Notes under the pieces: generated by a model
Seen by the model: the letters and a program-made list of their open reading frames with translations, nothing else
Told to the model about the DNA's origin: nothing
Database searches by the model: none
Source of the DNA: an uncultured Bacteroidia bacterium
Lineage (GTDB): Bacteria > Bacteroidota > Bacteroidia > Bacteroidales > CAJPTX01
Assembly: GCA_938038735.1 (NCBI GenBank)
Contig: CALHSW010000073.1
Coordinates: 30,486-94,485, forward strand
Direction: 5' to 3'
DNA length: 64,000 bases
Program-made: the position numbers and the translations under genes
In this document: positions 53,559 through 63,986 of the stretch, in pieces
How the letters are laid out: each line of letters opens with the position of its first letter
How positions within the stretch are numbered: position 1 is the first letter of the stretch

Positions 53559-55311
53559 ATGTCCCGACTAAACGCTTCAAAAGAAACGATTTCTTCCCAA
53601 CGCTCCACATGGATCGCCTTTGCTGCGCTATCCCTCGCAGCTAACGTACCCACCCTTCTCACCGCATCGGTGGCATCGCCAGCCCATCTCGCAGCATGCG
53701 TTGCGGCGCAAGGCATTACGCTCTACGTAGTGCTCCTGGCCTTTCTACGCCCCCGCATTACGCTACTCGTGTACGGCATCCTCCTGCTATTCCTTTTCCC
53801 GTTCGATGCCATAAGCATCATCGGCACGAACAGCCCCCTCTCCTACGGTATGATTAGTGCCACCCTAAAGACGACTCCCCCCGAAGCCTTCGCGCAGATA
53901 AAAGTGAACCTCCATTTTATCATTCTTTTCATTGCCGCTATCACCGCGTATTTCATCGTGCTTTTCCGCTACATTCCCTGGCGCTTCAAACTGTCTCCTA
54001 CGGCAAGATTCTCCGCGCCTATAGCCGCACTGACTTGCACCCTAACCATTACGACCATTGCCGCAATCCCCTACGCTAACCGTACAGAACAGACGAAGAA
54101 CAGGGCGGTTCAAGCTACTACTGACAAGTCGTTTCTCCTTCTCTTCCCCATACGGGATGCTAAGCTAATCTCGGCATACGTGAAGGATGAGCGAGAAATC
54201 AAAGAAAAAATTATATCCCGACAGCCTTTCCCTGACTCCCTTTTCAAAAAGCTTCCAGGCTTCGACAGCAGCTGTATCGGCATCCTCTCCATCGGTGAAA
54301 CCTCTCGGGCGTGCCGCTGGCAGCTGGCTGGCGCCGAAAGGCAGACCAATCCAAGACTTATCGAACGGGAAGACCTATTCTTCTACGCTGACGCATACAG
54401 CGGGTCAAACCTCACAGAATTCTCAGCCCCGATGTACTTCTCTAACGATAGACCTGAAAAAATCCGCACCTGGCAATCCTCGCCCATCCTAAACGAAATT
54501 TTCAACGCCCGAGGCATATTCACAGGCTTAGTAACCTCGCAGGGCTACCGTTCGCAATGGAGAGCCACCTCCTTTGTGTTCCTCACAGCCACTTCTAGTG
54601 CAAGCGAGCTAATAACCAGCTATGGAGTAGAACCGCACGTTCCTGATATACAGCTCATTGCACCAGTCAATGAAATGCTGAAGAGCCATAGCTCGCCACT
54701 TTTTATTACCTTTTGGGGTTACGGGGGACATCACGACTACACAGACCGCTATCCGCAGCAGGATGAGGTGTTTACGCCTGCCAATAAAAAGAATATGAAC
54801 AATGAACTCAATGCGTTTGATAATACCATCGTCCACACTGACCGTGTGCACGATTCGCTCATTTCCCTGCTGGAGGCGACCGGAAAACCAGCCTTCCTCA
54901 TCTACGCCGGACCATGGAGAAACGCTCTACGACATTGATGGACAAAACCACTACCACGGCACCATGCTATTCAGCCACGGAGAAGCCCACGTGCCCTGCT
55001 TCGTATGGCTCTCCAAGCAGTACATTGCGCGCTATCCAGGCATCGCCAGCGCCCTCGTGGGCAACCTTTCCAAACCAGTACAGACCATAGCCGTTTTCCA
55101 TACGGTGCAGCACCTTATGCACTGCGTAGGACCTGATTTTGACTCCACCCTAAGCCTTGCCTCTCGCAGTTACCATGCCAATGCATCGCGTGATGGGCTG
55201 AACGCCAACTGTGAGCTTATTCCAGCCCCTCCCTACGACAGCCTTGAGCGTAAGCGAATCGACAGCGTCATGGCGGAGCAAGTGCAGCGACATCGCTACC
55301 TGCTCAAGTAG
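53559..55311 (+). pseudogene. phosphoethanolamine transferase (EptA/sulfatase family) interrupted by a frameshift at about 54906-54912
   Basis: Track ORFs 53502-54938 and 54802-55311 are two halves of one gene. The first half has an N-terminal 5-TM region and a sulfatase domain with IGETSRACRW, HHDYTDRYP and YDNTIVHTDRV. It then reads ...FLIYAG and runs into a stop. The +1 frame continues with the expected DHGETLYDIDGQNHYHGT...VPCFVWLS. Confidence 0.65.
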
Positions 55312-55437
55312 TATTTTCATCAAACGCCCCCAATTTTACGTACCTTCGCAGCTGTGCTACGTGACGGTACTCAATGCGGCAACGCATCGCATGCCGTCGG
55401 TACGCTTCGTTAGGTATACAGCTGAAAATCAATTGGT

Positions 55438-56283
55438 ATGGCTACTACGCAAAACGCTCTTGAAAATCTCCCAGAATCTCGGCACCTCGGCCACCGCTCC
55501 CCGTTGCCCGAACGCTACGACCCCTCGCTCCTGGTGCGTGTGCCACGAGAGGTAAATCGTAAGGAATCAAACATTCCCACCCCGCTCTCATTTGTAGGGA
55601 TTGATGTTTGGCAAGCCTACGAGGCCTCGTGCCTCACGGCGGAGGGAATCCCCACGCAGTGCGTGCTGAAAATCGTATACCCCGCCAACAGCCCCTTCCT
55701 CGTGGAGAGTAAGTCGCTCAAACTCTACCTTCATTCGCTCAATAGCACCGTGCTGGGGGAGTCGCAAACGGATGCCCGCCATGCGCTGGCGCAGCGGGTA
55801 GCCGCAGACCTCGCCCAGGCTCTAGAGACCTCGGTGCAATGCGCCCCGCACACCGTCTACTCGGGAGGTTTTGATTTCAATGGTTTTGTACCCGCGGAGG
55901 AGAACCTTGACGCTGATGTTTCCGCCGAGGACTCAGTTCTGCGTTTTCACACCCGGCTGCTGAGAAGTCGGTGCCGTATCACGGGACAGCCCGACTGGGG
56001 CAACCTATACCTCTCCGCAGAAACCGACACGCATCTATCGCAACGCACTCTGCTGGAGCGCATTTTACCCCTACGCAACGAGTTCCACTTCCACGAGGAG
56101 ATGTGCGAACTCATCTTTACCCGCGCCATGGAATGGCTTAATCCGCGTAGCCTCATGGTTGCCACCCTCTACACCCGCCGTGGCGGCATTGACATTTCGC
56201 CCGTACGTGCCACATCGCCGTCTTTACTCCCAGCATTGCTAGGCGATCCTCGCACGCTAACCAGCCCTGCATGGCGGCAATAA
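55438..56283 (+). CDS. queF: NADPH-dependent 7-cyano-7-deazaguanine (preQ0) reductase, bimodular type
   Basis: 281 aa with VESKSLKLYLHSL, ITGQPDWGNLYL and FHEEMCE..TLYTRRGGIDISP, typical of type II QueF. Confidence 0.85.
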   Translation: MATTQNALENLPESRHLGHRSPLPERYDPSLLVRVPREVNRKESNIPTPLSFVGIDVWQAYEASCLTAEGIPTQCVLKIVYPANSPFLVESKSLKLYLHSLNSTVLGESQTDARHALAQRVAADLAQALETSVQCAPHTVYSGGFDFNGFVPAEENLDADVSAEDSVLRFHTRLLRSRCRITGQPDWGNLYLSAETDTHLSQRTLLERILPLRNEFHFHEEMCELIFTRAMEWLNPRSLMVATLYTRRGGIDISPVRATSPSLLPALLGDPRTLTSPAWRQ

Positions 56284-59200
56284 TCCAACACGCTTTTGCC
56301 TCCATCAGGCGCAACACCATTGCGCTGCTGCTTGCAGTGGGACTGCATTTACTAGCCAATCACGTAACGGCTCAGGTTAACGCTGCGTCACCCCCCTCCA
56401 ACCTTCACCACGCATCAGTAGCCATCTCGCCGCACCTGCGAACCATCTCCCCCCTCCCTATCCTCCCGAACACCCTACAGCTGAAGGGCGATACCGCTGG
56501 CCTTGCCTGGCGCCTTGACTCAACGCTGACGGCCATCCGATTTTACGCTCCGCAGAACCGATACGGCGACACGGTGACCATCGCTTTCCGAACCATTGAC
56601 ATCCAGCTGCATAGCCGATTTTCAGCTAAACAGCTACTCAACATTCTCTCGCCCGATAGCACCCTCATACCGATTCTAACCGAAGAACCCCCAAAAAACA
56701 CCCCACCCCCTGCGCCCCCTATCGTGATCAAGGGCGTTGCCGAGCGCACCCTCGGCGCAGGAAGTCTGTCGAATGCTTCCCCCTCCAGCGGAATGATAAA
56801 TCTCTCCATCCATGGCCCTCTCTACCGCTCCACACGCTTTGAAACGCATATTGTTGACAACTCTCTGCCGTTCCAACCCGACGGCACCTCGGAACGGATT
56901 GAGAACGTTGACAAACTATTTCTGCGGGTATTCGACACCGCATGGCGCATCGAGGCGGGGGACATCCTCATTGAAGAGCAACGCGGAAACTTTATTCGTC
57001 AACGCGAGGAGACAAAGAGCATCGGGGGGGCGTATAGAGGGCAACATAAAAGCTGGGACTCCCTCGCCATTAACGCCACGCTCGGCACGGCGAAGGGCGA
57101 AAATGAACGTACCGATATTTCTCCAATTGATGGAATCCAGGGACCATACGCCCTAATGGGGGAACATGATTTTACGCAAATCGTGGTGCGTGCGGGTACA
57201 GAGAGAGTTTACCTCGATGGGGAGCTGCTAACGCGGGGAGAGAATAACGATTATACTATAGACTACAACCTTGGCTCCGTCACCTTCACTGCGAAACGTC
57301 CCATCAATCGTGAATCGCGTATCGTCGTGGAGTATGAAACCACAAAACGAAGCTACACAAGGCTACTGGGAAACATCAGCATGGCGGCCCGCAACCGCAA
57401 CGGGTGGCAGTTTGACCTCAAAGGGTACATAGCGCACGACCGTGCCGCCTCGCTTCCCGCAGAGCTAAAGGGAGCGGGCGCCATTGAAAGGCTAAGCAAC
57501 GAGAACGCATCGCAGGAGGGGGTAACCATCGTTCCAAATGGGAACAGCGCAGATAGCCGAACGCAGGATGGGTACGTTAGGGTGGATACCATCGTGCATG
57601 GGCAACAGTACTCCATTTTTCAGTACCGTTCGGTCAGCACGAACGATACGCTGCTTTCGCTCCCCTTTACCTACGTGGGACCAAATCGAGGGGACTATCA
57701 GCTCACCCAAAAATCGGTTAACGGTCGTGTCTTCCAATGGGTTGCACCAGACGGCGGCACGCCGCAGGGCGATTACTCCCCGGGCATTCGTGTAGCCCCG
57801 CCCGCCAGCCACGCCATGATTGAGTCAACCGTAACCAAACGTTGGACCGAAACGCCCGCCTCAATTTCGCTTTCCGCAGCGTATACATCGCAGAGCGATA
57901 ACACTTTGGTGCAGTCTAACAAACGTGAGTCGTACGCCCTTGAGCTGTCGCAGTATGCACGCATAGCTGAGTACAGCAACGATGGCCTCTACATCCATTC
58001 CCGCGGCAGATGGGTAGCCAATGCTTTCGCCCCCATCAATCGTTTCCTCCCACTCGAATTCAACCGTGATTGGGGCGAAAATACACCTATAGCTAAGCGC
58101 CCATGGGCCGATGCGGAGATTTCTCTCTCATCCCGCACGGTCAACACCTTTGCCCTCCTCAAAAGCGAAATGCTATGGCGACCGCACGCTACGGCGTGGC
58201 GCGGCGCTACGAACCTCAACGTCAACGCAGCCCATTGGAAGTACCGGCTCAACGCCTCTGCGCTCATCCGCAACGCCGACTCGGCGCAATCGTCAAGAGG
58301 TTTCGTCTCAACCTCCATCATGCGCCGCTTCCCAATAGTCAGCATCGCGGGTAACGCCAAGGGGGAATGGCTCGTGGCGACACGTCAACGTATCCCTAAC
58401 TCTTTCGCACCGTACGCCTTTGCCGAAGGGGGCATTACCCTTGCCCTTTCCGATACCCTTGCAGCGAAAGCATCGCTACGAACCACGTACCGTGGCACCT
58501 GGGATTCCACCAAGCAGGCCACGCTGCGCCATCGCAACGATGCCCTAGAGGCTACCTTTGAGGCCGCTGTACCAATCGGTCACCTTGGACTCCTCAACGG
58601 CAACGCCACGGCACGCGCAACAATTCCCAACAAAACCTACGAGCGAGAGCAACCGAACCTCACCCTCCTCTCCTCTATCTCCTACTCGCAGGCCATTGCG
58701 CGCCGCCGACTACACACCAATGCGCATCTCTCCCTCTCCTCAGAGCAGCTTCCAAAATGGCAATTCCATTTCATTCCGGTCGCCATCGGGCAGGGTACGC
58801 ACGAATGGATAGACGTAAATGGCGATGGAAAACCTCAACTCGACGAATTTTTCCCAGCGCAACATGTTGACAAAGCCCTCTACGTGAAGCAGATGGTGCC
58901 CAGCAGCGAGCAGCAGAAAGCCATCGCGGCCACCACGCACATGGATCTCTCCTTTACCCCTCGCATGGACAATCGTCCCATAGACTCCTCCACGCTTTGG
59001 TGGCAACGGGTTGACCTTCTCCTCTCACTCGAGCACTCGGCAAAGCGTACCGATAAACGTGTAGCGCAACTCCTCAACCCATGCTCTCCTGACCCAATCT
59101 CATCTCTTCCCGAACGCCACCGTGCGCTACTCCTGACCGTGGCACTAAATCAGAACGCATCGCCCCTATCGCTCACCTACAGTCTAACCCTGTCTGACAG

Positions 59201-59756
59201 TCGACAAACTATTGCCCAAGGGGTTAGCACAAACACCGCAAAGCTCCATCTTCTCACGCTTGAAACCCCTCGCCGAAAAGGGATTGGCGGCCGCCTACGC
59301 GGCGAATTCTCTAATCAAGAGCAGCAGCGTCCCTACGCATCGCAACCCTCTGAGTCGCTAGCCCTCTGGCAGGGAGAAGGGGCTCTACTTTGGCGAGGTC
59401 AGAACAACCAAACCCACGAAATTAGCACCACCCTCGGTTGGATTACGCTACTGCCTAAGCAGCAGAAGGTGAAAAGTCAACGCTATGCCTACAAGTTGGA
59501 AATCCCCCTTTCCTCAAAATGGAAGGGGTTCGCCCAACTAGGCTTCTGCCGAATTAACGGAGATGCCATTGGGCATCATGCCCTCGCATACCAGGCTCTC
59601 CGAGGAGGAACCAATGGAAACAACTTCAACGCCGAAGCCACGCTTAGCTATAAAATAACCAGCTATTTAGACCTCAACTGCACGTATGCAGTTAGAAAAA
59701 ATGGACAAGCTCCGCTTGTCCATTCAGGGTTTACAACACTTCGTGCTGCCTTCTAA
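56271..59756 (+). CDS. very large secreted protein with outer-membrane beta-barrel-type C-terminus, function unknown
   Basis: 1161 aa with a signal peptide (IALLLAVGLHLLANHVTAQ) and almost no Cys. The second half is strand-like and rich in R/Y/W/N/S, and it ends TTLRAAF (terminal Phe). The start overlaps the queF stop by 13 nt. Confidence 0.7.
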   Translation: MAAIIQHAFASIRRNTIALLLAVGLHLLANHVTAQVNAASPPSNLHHASVAISPHLRTISPLPILPNTLQLKGDTAGLAWRLDSTLTAIRFYAPQNRYGDTVTIAFRTIDIQLHSRFSAKQLLNILSPDSTLIPILTEEPPKNTPPPAPPIVIKGVAERTLGAGSLSNASPSSGMINLSIHGPLYRSTRFETHIVDNSLPFQPDGTSERIENVDKLFLRVFDTAWRIEAGDILIEEQRGNFIRQREETKSIGGAYRGQHKSWDSLAINATLGTAKGENERTDISPIDGIQGPYALMGEHDFTQIVVRAGTERVYLDGELLTRGENNDYTIDYNLGSVTFTAKRPINRESRIVVEYETTKRSYTRLLGNISMAARNRNGWQFDLKGYIAHDRAASLPAELKGAGAIERLSNENASQEGVTIVPNGNSADSRTQDGYVRVDTIVHGQQYSIFQYRSVSTNDTLLSLPFTYVGPNRGDYQLTQKSVNGRVFQWVAPDGGTPQGDYSPGIRVAPPASHAMIESTVTKRWTETPASISLSAAYTSQSDNTLVQSNKRESYALELSQYARIAEYSNDGLYIHSRGRWVANAFAPINRFLPLEFNRDWGENTPIAKRPWADAEISLSSRTVNTFALLKSEMLWRPHATAWRGATNLNVNAAHWKYRLNASALIRNADSAQSSRGFVSTSIMRRFPIVSIAGNAKGEWLVATRQRIPNSFAPYAFAEGGITLALSDTLAAKASLRTTYRGTWDSTKQATLRHRNDALEATFEAAVPIGHLGLLNGNATARATIPNKTYEREQPNLTLLSSISYSQAIARRRLHTNAHLSLSSEQLPKWQFHFIPVAIGQGTHEWIDVNGDGKPQLDEFFPAQHVDKALYVKQMVPSSEQQKAIAATTHMDLSFTPRMDNRPIDSSTLWWQRVDLLLSLEHSAKRTDKRVAQLLNPCSPDPISSLPERHRALLLTVALNQNASPLSLTYSLTLSDSRQTIAQGVSTNTAKLHLLTLETPRRKGIGGRLRGEFSNQEQQRPYASQPSESLALWQGEGALLWRGQNNQTHEISTTLGWITLLPKQQKVKSQRYAYKLEIPLSSKWKGFAQLGFCRINGDAIGHHALAYQALRGGTNGNNFNAEATLSYKITSYLDLNCTYAVRKNGQAPLVHSGFTTLRAAF

Positions 59757-59772
59757 AGCCAAAAACTGTAAC

Positions 59773-60114
59773 CTACTCCTCAACAATGTATATGTCCTCC
59801 CCCTCACGGTGCATATAGAACTGCTCCCGTGCGTACTTCTCAAGGTTGACATTATCGGTACGCAGCTGCTCTAGATGCGCCCTATCCTCGTCAATTTTTT
59901 TACGATAGTATTCGCACTTCTCTTCAAGCTTAGCGATCCTACGCTTCGCAACGAATATGGAAACCAAATTATTCTCACTAAAGAACGTTAGGTAGGCAAT
60001 CAAAAAGATTAAAATAATCGCAAAGCTATGGGTACGAACGTAGCGAAACCCTCGTGCTAGAGGGCTTCGCTGCGCCATTGACTGTGGCTCTTGGTGTACT
60101 TGTGGCTCCTCCAC
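59773..60114 (-). CDS. septum formation initiator family protein (FtsB/DivIC-like)
   Basis: 113 aa with a single TM (FAIILIFLIAYLTFF) followed by a coiled coil (RRIAKLEEKCEYYRKKIDEDRAHLEQLRTD...EKYAREQFYMHREGEDIY). Confidence 0.8.
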   Translation of the reverse strand: MEEPQVHQEPQSMAQRSPLARGFRYVRTHSFAIILIFLIAYLTFFSENNLVSIFVAKRRIAKLEEKCEYYRKKIDEDRAHLEQLRTDNVNLEKYAREQFYMHREGEDIYIVEE

Positions 60115-60145
60115 TACATCACCTCCTGCCTATTCCGTTAGAAAC

Positions 60146-60811
60146 TTACTTATCCTTTGCTGCATTCGCTTTGCGCTGCGCGGCATACTCCTCGTTAAGC
60201 CCTTGCAGCACATCGTTGGTTACGTTCAACGACGGGGACCCATATAGCATCGGGCCACTTAGAATGAAATCGTAGCCGTGCTCTTCGTTATACTTCTGTA
60301 TAAATTCCGTGATGGCCGCTGTCACCTTCCGCGTACGCACCTGCTCCTCCTCCATCAACCGCTGCCGATGCTGCTCCTGTAGCTGTAGGAAACGTCCCTG
60401 TTCCACCTGCAGCGCTTCCTGCTCTTTCTGCGCCTCGCTACGCGTCATTAGCCCCTTCTGCACATTGTCCTGGAAGGTTGCCACTCGACGCTCCAAAGAT
60501 TGACCCTTCGTTTGCAACTCCTTCTCAGCCTGACTAGTCATGTTGCCCATTTCACGCTGCTGGTCAAAGTAGTAGTCGTAATGCGCAAGTAAAGAGTCCA
60601 TGTTAACCCACACGATTTTCAAGCTTCCTTCAGGGAATACTACCTGTCGCCCTGCCTGCACCGCATTCTCCGACTCGCTCGCCACAGTTGACGATACCGT
60701 ACTATCCGTTCCCTTCGCTCCATTCTCCTTGCTTCCATTCTGACAGCTAATTGCCACCGCCCCGAACAAAGCAGCTGCAATCAACGCTACTGTATACCTC
60801 CTCATTGCCAA
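60146..60811 (-). CDS. OmpH/Skp-family periplasmic chaperone (lipoprotein form)
   Basis: 221 aa. It has the lipobox-like AISCQNG, a long Q/E-rich coiled coil (QKEQEALQVEQGRFLQLQEQHRQRLMEEEQ) and the typical size. Confidence 0.8.
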   Translation of the reverse strand: MAMRRYTVALIAAALFGAVAISCQNGSKENGAKGTDSTVSSTVASESENAVQAGRQVVFPEGSLKIVWVNMDSLLAHYDYYFDQQREMGNMTSQAEKELQTKGQSLERRVATFQDNVQKGLMTRSEAQKEQEALQVEQGRFLQLQEQHRQRLMEEEQVRTRKVTAAITEFIQKYNEEHGYDFILSGPMLYGSPSLNVTNDVLQGLNEEYAAQRKANAAKDK

Positions 60812-60865
60812 ACAACTTTTCTAGTTATCACTCAAATGCAACATAACGCCTTGAAAAAGGCGCTG

Positions 60866-60873
60866 CAAAGTTA
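60866..60873 (-). promoter_or_regulatory. -7 promoter motif (TAACTTTG) for ompH-ftsB
   Basis: The reverse complement of caaagtta matches the motif, 55 nt upstream of the OmpH ATG. Confidence 0.55.
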
Positions 60874-60927
60874 CACTAAATATCCGATTTTCACACCTCC
60901 GGTCACTCCGCATAGGTTACAACCACG

Positions 60928-63375
60928 CTATAGCGACATCACGAGGCGCACGTTGACGCACCGACTGGTGAGATAGTTTGGCACCGCCATAAGGGTGCTA
61001 TTGCCCCGCGGGCTCTGCACCTTTAGCCACATGTACGACACAGTGTTGGAGAAGTTGAGAAGGTTGAGTACTTCCACGGACAGAACGAGACTTTTCAGCC
61101 ACTGCGCATTGCTCAACCAACGGATGCAGTAGTTGCTGTCCTTAAAGGCGTATGAAAACCCTATGTCAACCCGCTTGTAGGACGGCATACGAGCCTGCTG
61201 CCCGTAGCGTCCATTGGGCGGGGTGAACGGAACGCCCAATGCATAATTCCCTTGCAAGGAGACTCTAAAGCCTGGCACCCCGGGGAGGTAGTCCTGCAGG
61301 AATAGAGCACCGCTGAAGAGCTGGTCCTGCGGACCTAGAAAGTACGAGTCATCAAACGGTTGCCGACTTAAATCGTACAGTTGGTTGACAATGCGCATTC
61401 TAGAACGCATCACGGAGAGGCTTAACCACGACTCAACGTCGGGCGCTAGCTCCCCATTAACCTTCACGTCCATGCCGTACGTTCTACTCTTCGCTGCGTT
61501 CTGCGCCTCGTAGCGAAGTCGTACATTGTCAATAGTATACGGTATCAAATCCCCGCCCCACTTCGCGTAGCATTCAGCCTGTAGCTTGAACGGACTCTCA
61601 GCAATTAAAAAACTCCACTGCACGCCCCCCAGCGCATGGATGCTCCGTTGCGGCTTTAATCCACCATGCATGCGCCCCGCCCTATCGCGCATCTCCCGAT
61701 AGAAAGGATACTGGTAGTACAACCCGCCCCCTGCATACACACGGACATTCCTTGCCCCATCGGGTACAAATGATACCGACAAACGGGGGCTAACACGAAG
61801 GTTTTGAAACCGATCCATACCGGACCCCCGCACCCCGAACACCGTTGTCATTTCTCCGAAAGAAAAAGAGAAACGGAGCGTTGTCTGCACGTACGCAGAG
61901 TAGAGCACTGATAATACATCCCCTCTCCCTTTAGCAAAATCTTGAACCGGCACGCCATCATGGGTGAGCGGCATAGCGTAACCTGCACTGTCGACTATGT
62001 GCCACTCGCTCGTTGCATGTTGAAAATATCGTGGCAGCACCTCTACCCCACCCTCCACAGAGCCCAAGCTAAAACGGTAATCCGCTACACACCTTGCCGT
62101 TGCCATTACCCCCTCAAAACGATTTCTCGCATGCTCCAGGAAGCCTCCTATTCCCACATTAGACGCGCTATCAACTATTGGCTTCACCTCATCTACGCTA
62201 CGTAGCTCCGCAAGCCAATACTCACTGAGGATGTCAAAACGTTCTTCCTCCCGCATCCAGTAGGCTCCCAACTGTCCGCGCAACGTGAAAGTCGGCGTTG
62301 CACGCCACTCCGTTTGCAACGTTCCGAAGTAAGTCATGTAGGAGTCACGCTCCTGCCCCTCGTAGTAGACGTTCATTTGGAGGAAATCAGCAGTCAACGC
62401 CCCGAAACGGGTAACTTTCTTGTGCGGCTTGAAGTCGTACTGATTACGAGAAAAACCCATCAGCATGGATACATCTAGGTTAGGACGTACCTTCCACATC
62501 CCTTTGCCCTGGATGTCAAGGTAGGAGGGGAGGTAATCCCCCTTCGTTTCGGTTGTATTTAGGAGTAAACGGGTAGTTTTATACCTCACCCCTAGCATCC
62601 CAGACACCCTTTGATCGTTCGTTGCGCCCTCCACGTACGCACGATTCTCCATTAGGCTCAAGTCCACCCGCGCCCCGAATCTTTGCGGAGTACGATACCG
62701 TACGTTAAGCACCGACGATAGCTTATCCCCATAGCTAGCTGGGAACGCCCCCGATGAGAACTCTATCGCCGACACCATATCAGGGTTTACTATCGGCATG
62801 CCCTCTTGGCTTCCGCTACGCGCAAGCTGCGGACGATACACCTCTACGCCATCGATGTAAACCAAGTTCTCATCGTACGACCCGCCACGTACAGAGTACT
62901 GGGAACTCAACTCATTGCTCGAATGCACCCCCGGCATAAGCTTGACCAGCGACTCCACGCCCCCGCTGGTACCCTGTAGCTTTAGCAAATCATCCACGTC
63001 AATCCGCTGCATCGTTGCGTACGGCGAAGCCTTGCCCCCCACGCCGACCCCCTCAATGGCTATCTCCCGCTCCTCCAGCACAACACGAACGTGTACACTC
63101 TCCCGAGCCACCATCTTCACGCACCGAGCCACGGGATGATACCCTAACGTAGATACCGTAAAACAGACGCTATCGCACTGCGCTACCGCGAACTTAAACA
63201 TCCCCTCCCCATTCGTAATCGCCACCGGCCTACTTCCGCCCGCCAAGGAGATTTCAGCAGCACCTACGCCACGCCCTAGCGTATCAACCACGATACCCTC
63301 AACCCTTTGCCCACAAACAAAATAGGGAAATAGAGAAAACACGAACAACGCTACAGCAAGCCGTACTCCACGCAT
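60928..63375 (-). CDS. TonB-dependent receptor with N-terminal carboxypeptidase-regulatory-like domain
   Basis: 815 aa. It has a signal peptide, a CarboxypepD_reg-like start (VEGIVVDTLGRGVGAAEISL...FKFAV) and plug motifs (LLKLQGTSGGVESLVKLMPGV; YSVRGGSYDENLVYIDGVEVY), followed by a long barrel. Confidence 0.85.
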   Translation of the reverse strand: MRGVRLAVALFVFSLFPYFVCGQRVEGIVVDTLGRGVGAAEISLAGGSRPVAITNGEGMFKFAVAQCDSVCFTVSTLGYHPVARCVKMVARESVHVRVVLEEREIAIEGVGVGGKASPYATMQRIDVDDLLKLQGTSGGVESLVKLMPGVHSSNELSSQYSVRGGSYDENLVYIDGVEVYRPQLARSGSQEGMPIVNPDMVSAIEFSSGAFPASYGDKLSSVLNVRYRTPQRFGARVDLSLMENRAYVEGATNDQRVSGMLGVRYKTTRLLLNTTETKGDYLPSYLDIQGKGMWKVRPNLDVSMLMGFSRNQYDFKPHKKVTRFGALTADFLQMNVYYEGQERDSYMTYFGTLQTEWRATPTFTLRGQLGAYWMREEERFDILSEYWLAELRSVDEVKPIVDSASNVGIGGFLEHARNRFEGVMATARCVADYRFSLGSVEGGVEVLPRYFQHATSEWHIVDSAGYAMPLTHDGVPVQDFAKGRGDVLSVLYSAYVQTTLRFSFSFGEMTTVFGVRGSGMDRFQNLRVSPRLSVSFVPDGARNVRVYAGGGLYYQYPFYREMRDRAGRMHGGLKPQRSIHALGGVQWSFLIAESPFKLQAECYAKWGGDLIPYTIDNVRLRYEAQNAAKSRTYGMDVKVNGELAPDVESWLSLSVMRSRMRIVNQLYDLSRQPFDDSYFLGPQDQLFSGALFLQDYLPGVPGFRVSLQGNYALGVPFTPPNGRYGQQARMPSYKRVDIGFSYAFKDSNYCIRWLSNAQWLKSLVLSVEVLNLLNFSNTVSYMWLKVQSPRGNSTLMAVPNYLTSRCVNVRLVMSL

Positions 63376-63386
63376 ACGTCGACTCT

Positions 63387-63986
63387 CTATCTATCCTGCA
63401 TAATGTGATGTGACAGTCGTTCGCTCAACGCCTCTGTCGGAAGACCCACCACGTTCGTGTACGACCCTCTAATCCACGACACCCCAACCATGCCTATCCA
63501 CTCCTGTATGCCATACCCTCCCGCCTTGTCGTACGGGCTAAACGTATGTACGTAGTAATCGATTTCCACCGGTAAGAGGGTTCTAAAGCACACCTCCGTA
63601 CATGCGGTAAAACTCTCGCATTCCCCATCGTACGAAATGCAAACGCCTGTCAGCACCCTATGTACCCTTCCCGATAACTTTCGAAGCACTTCGCACGCCT
63701 CCGTGCTGCCCCTCGGCTTATGCAACGGCTCTCCATCCATAAGCACTAGCGTGTCGGCACCTATCACCATCTTTCCGACGCACTGGGCAGCTACCGCCTC
63801 CGCCTTGCACTTCGCCAATCGCTCTGGGAGCCTCTCCAGCGGCACTCCCCTCCCCGCTTCTCCCTCGTCTACATCACTCCCCACCACCTCAAAGCGAACC
63901 CCCATTCCACGCAGCAGCTCTGCGCGACGAGGCGACTTCGATGCCAAAATCACTGGCGGTAATCCATCGTAAAACCCTCGCTCCAT
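63387..63986 (-). CDS. maf: Maf-family nucleoside triphosphate pyrophosphatase
   Basis: 199 aa with ILASKSPRRAELL, IGADTLV and YDKAGGYGIQE. Confidence 0.9.
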   Translation of the reverse strand: MERGFYDGLPPVILASKSPRRAELLRGMGVRFEVVGSDVDEGEAGRGVPLERLPERLAKCKAEAVAAQCVGKMVIGADTLVLMDGEPLHKPRGSTEACEVLRKLSGRVHRVLTGVCISYDGECESFTACTEVCFRTLLPVEIDYYVHTFSPYDKAGGYGIQEWIGMVGVSWIRGSYTNVVGLPTEALSERLSHHIMQDR

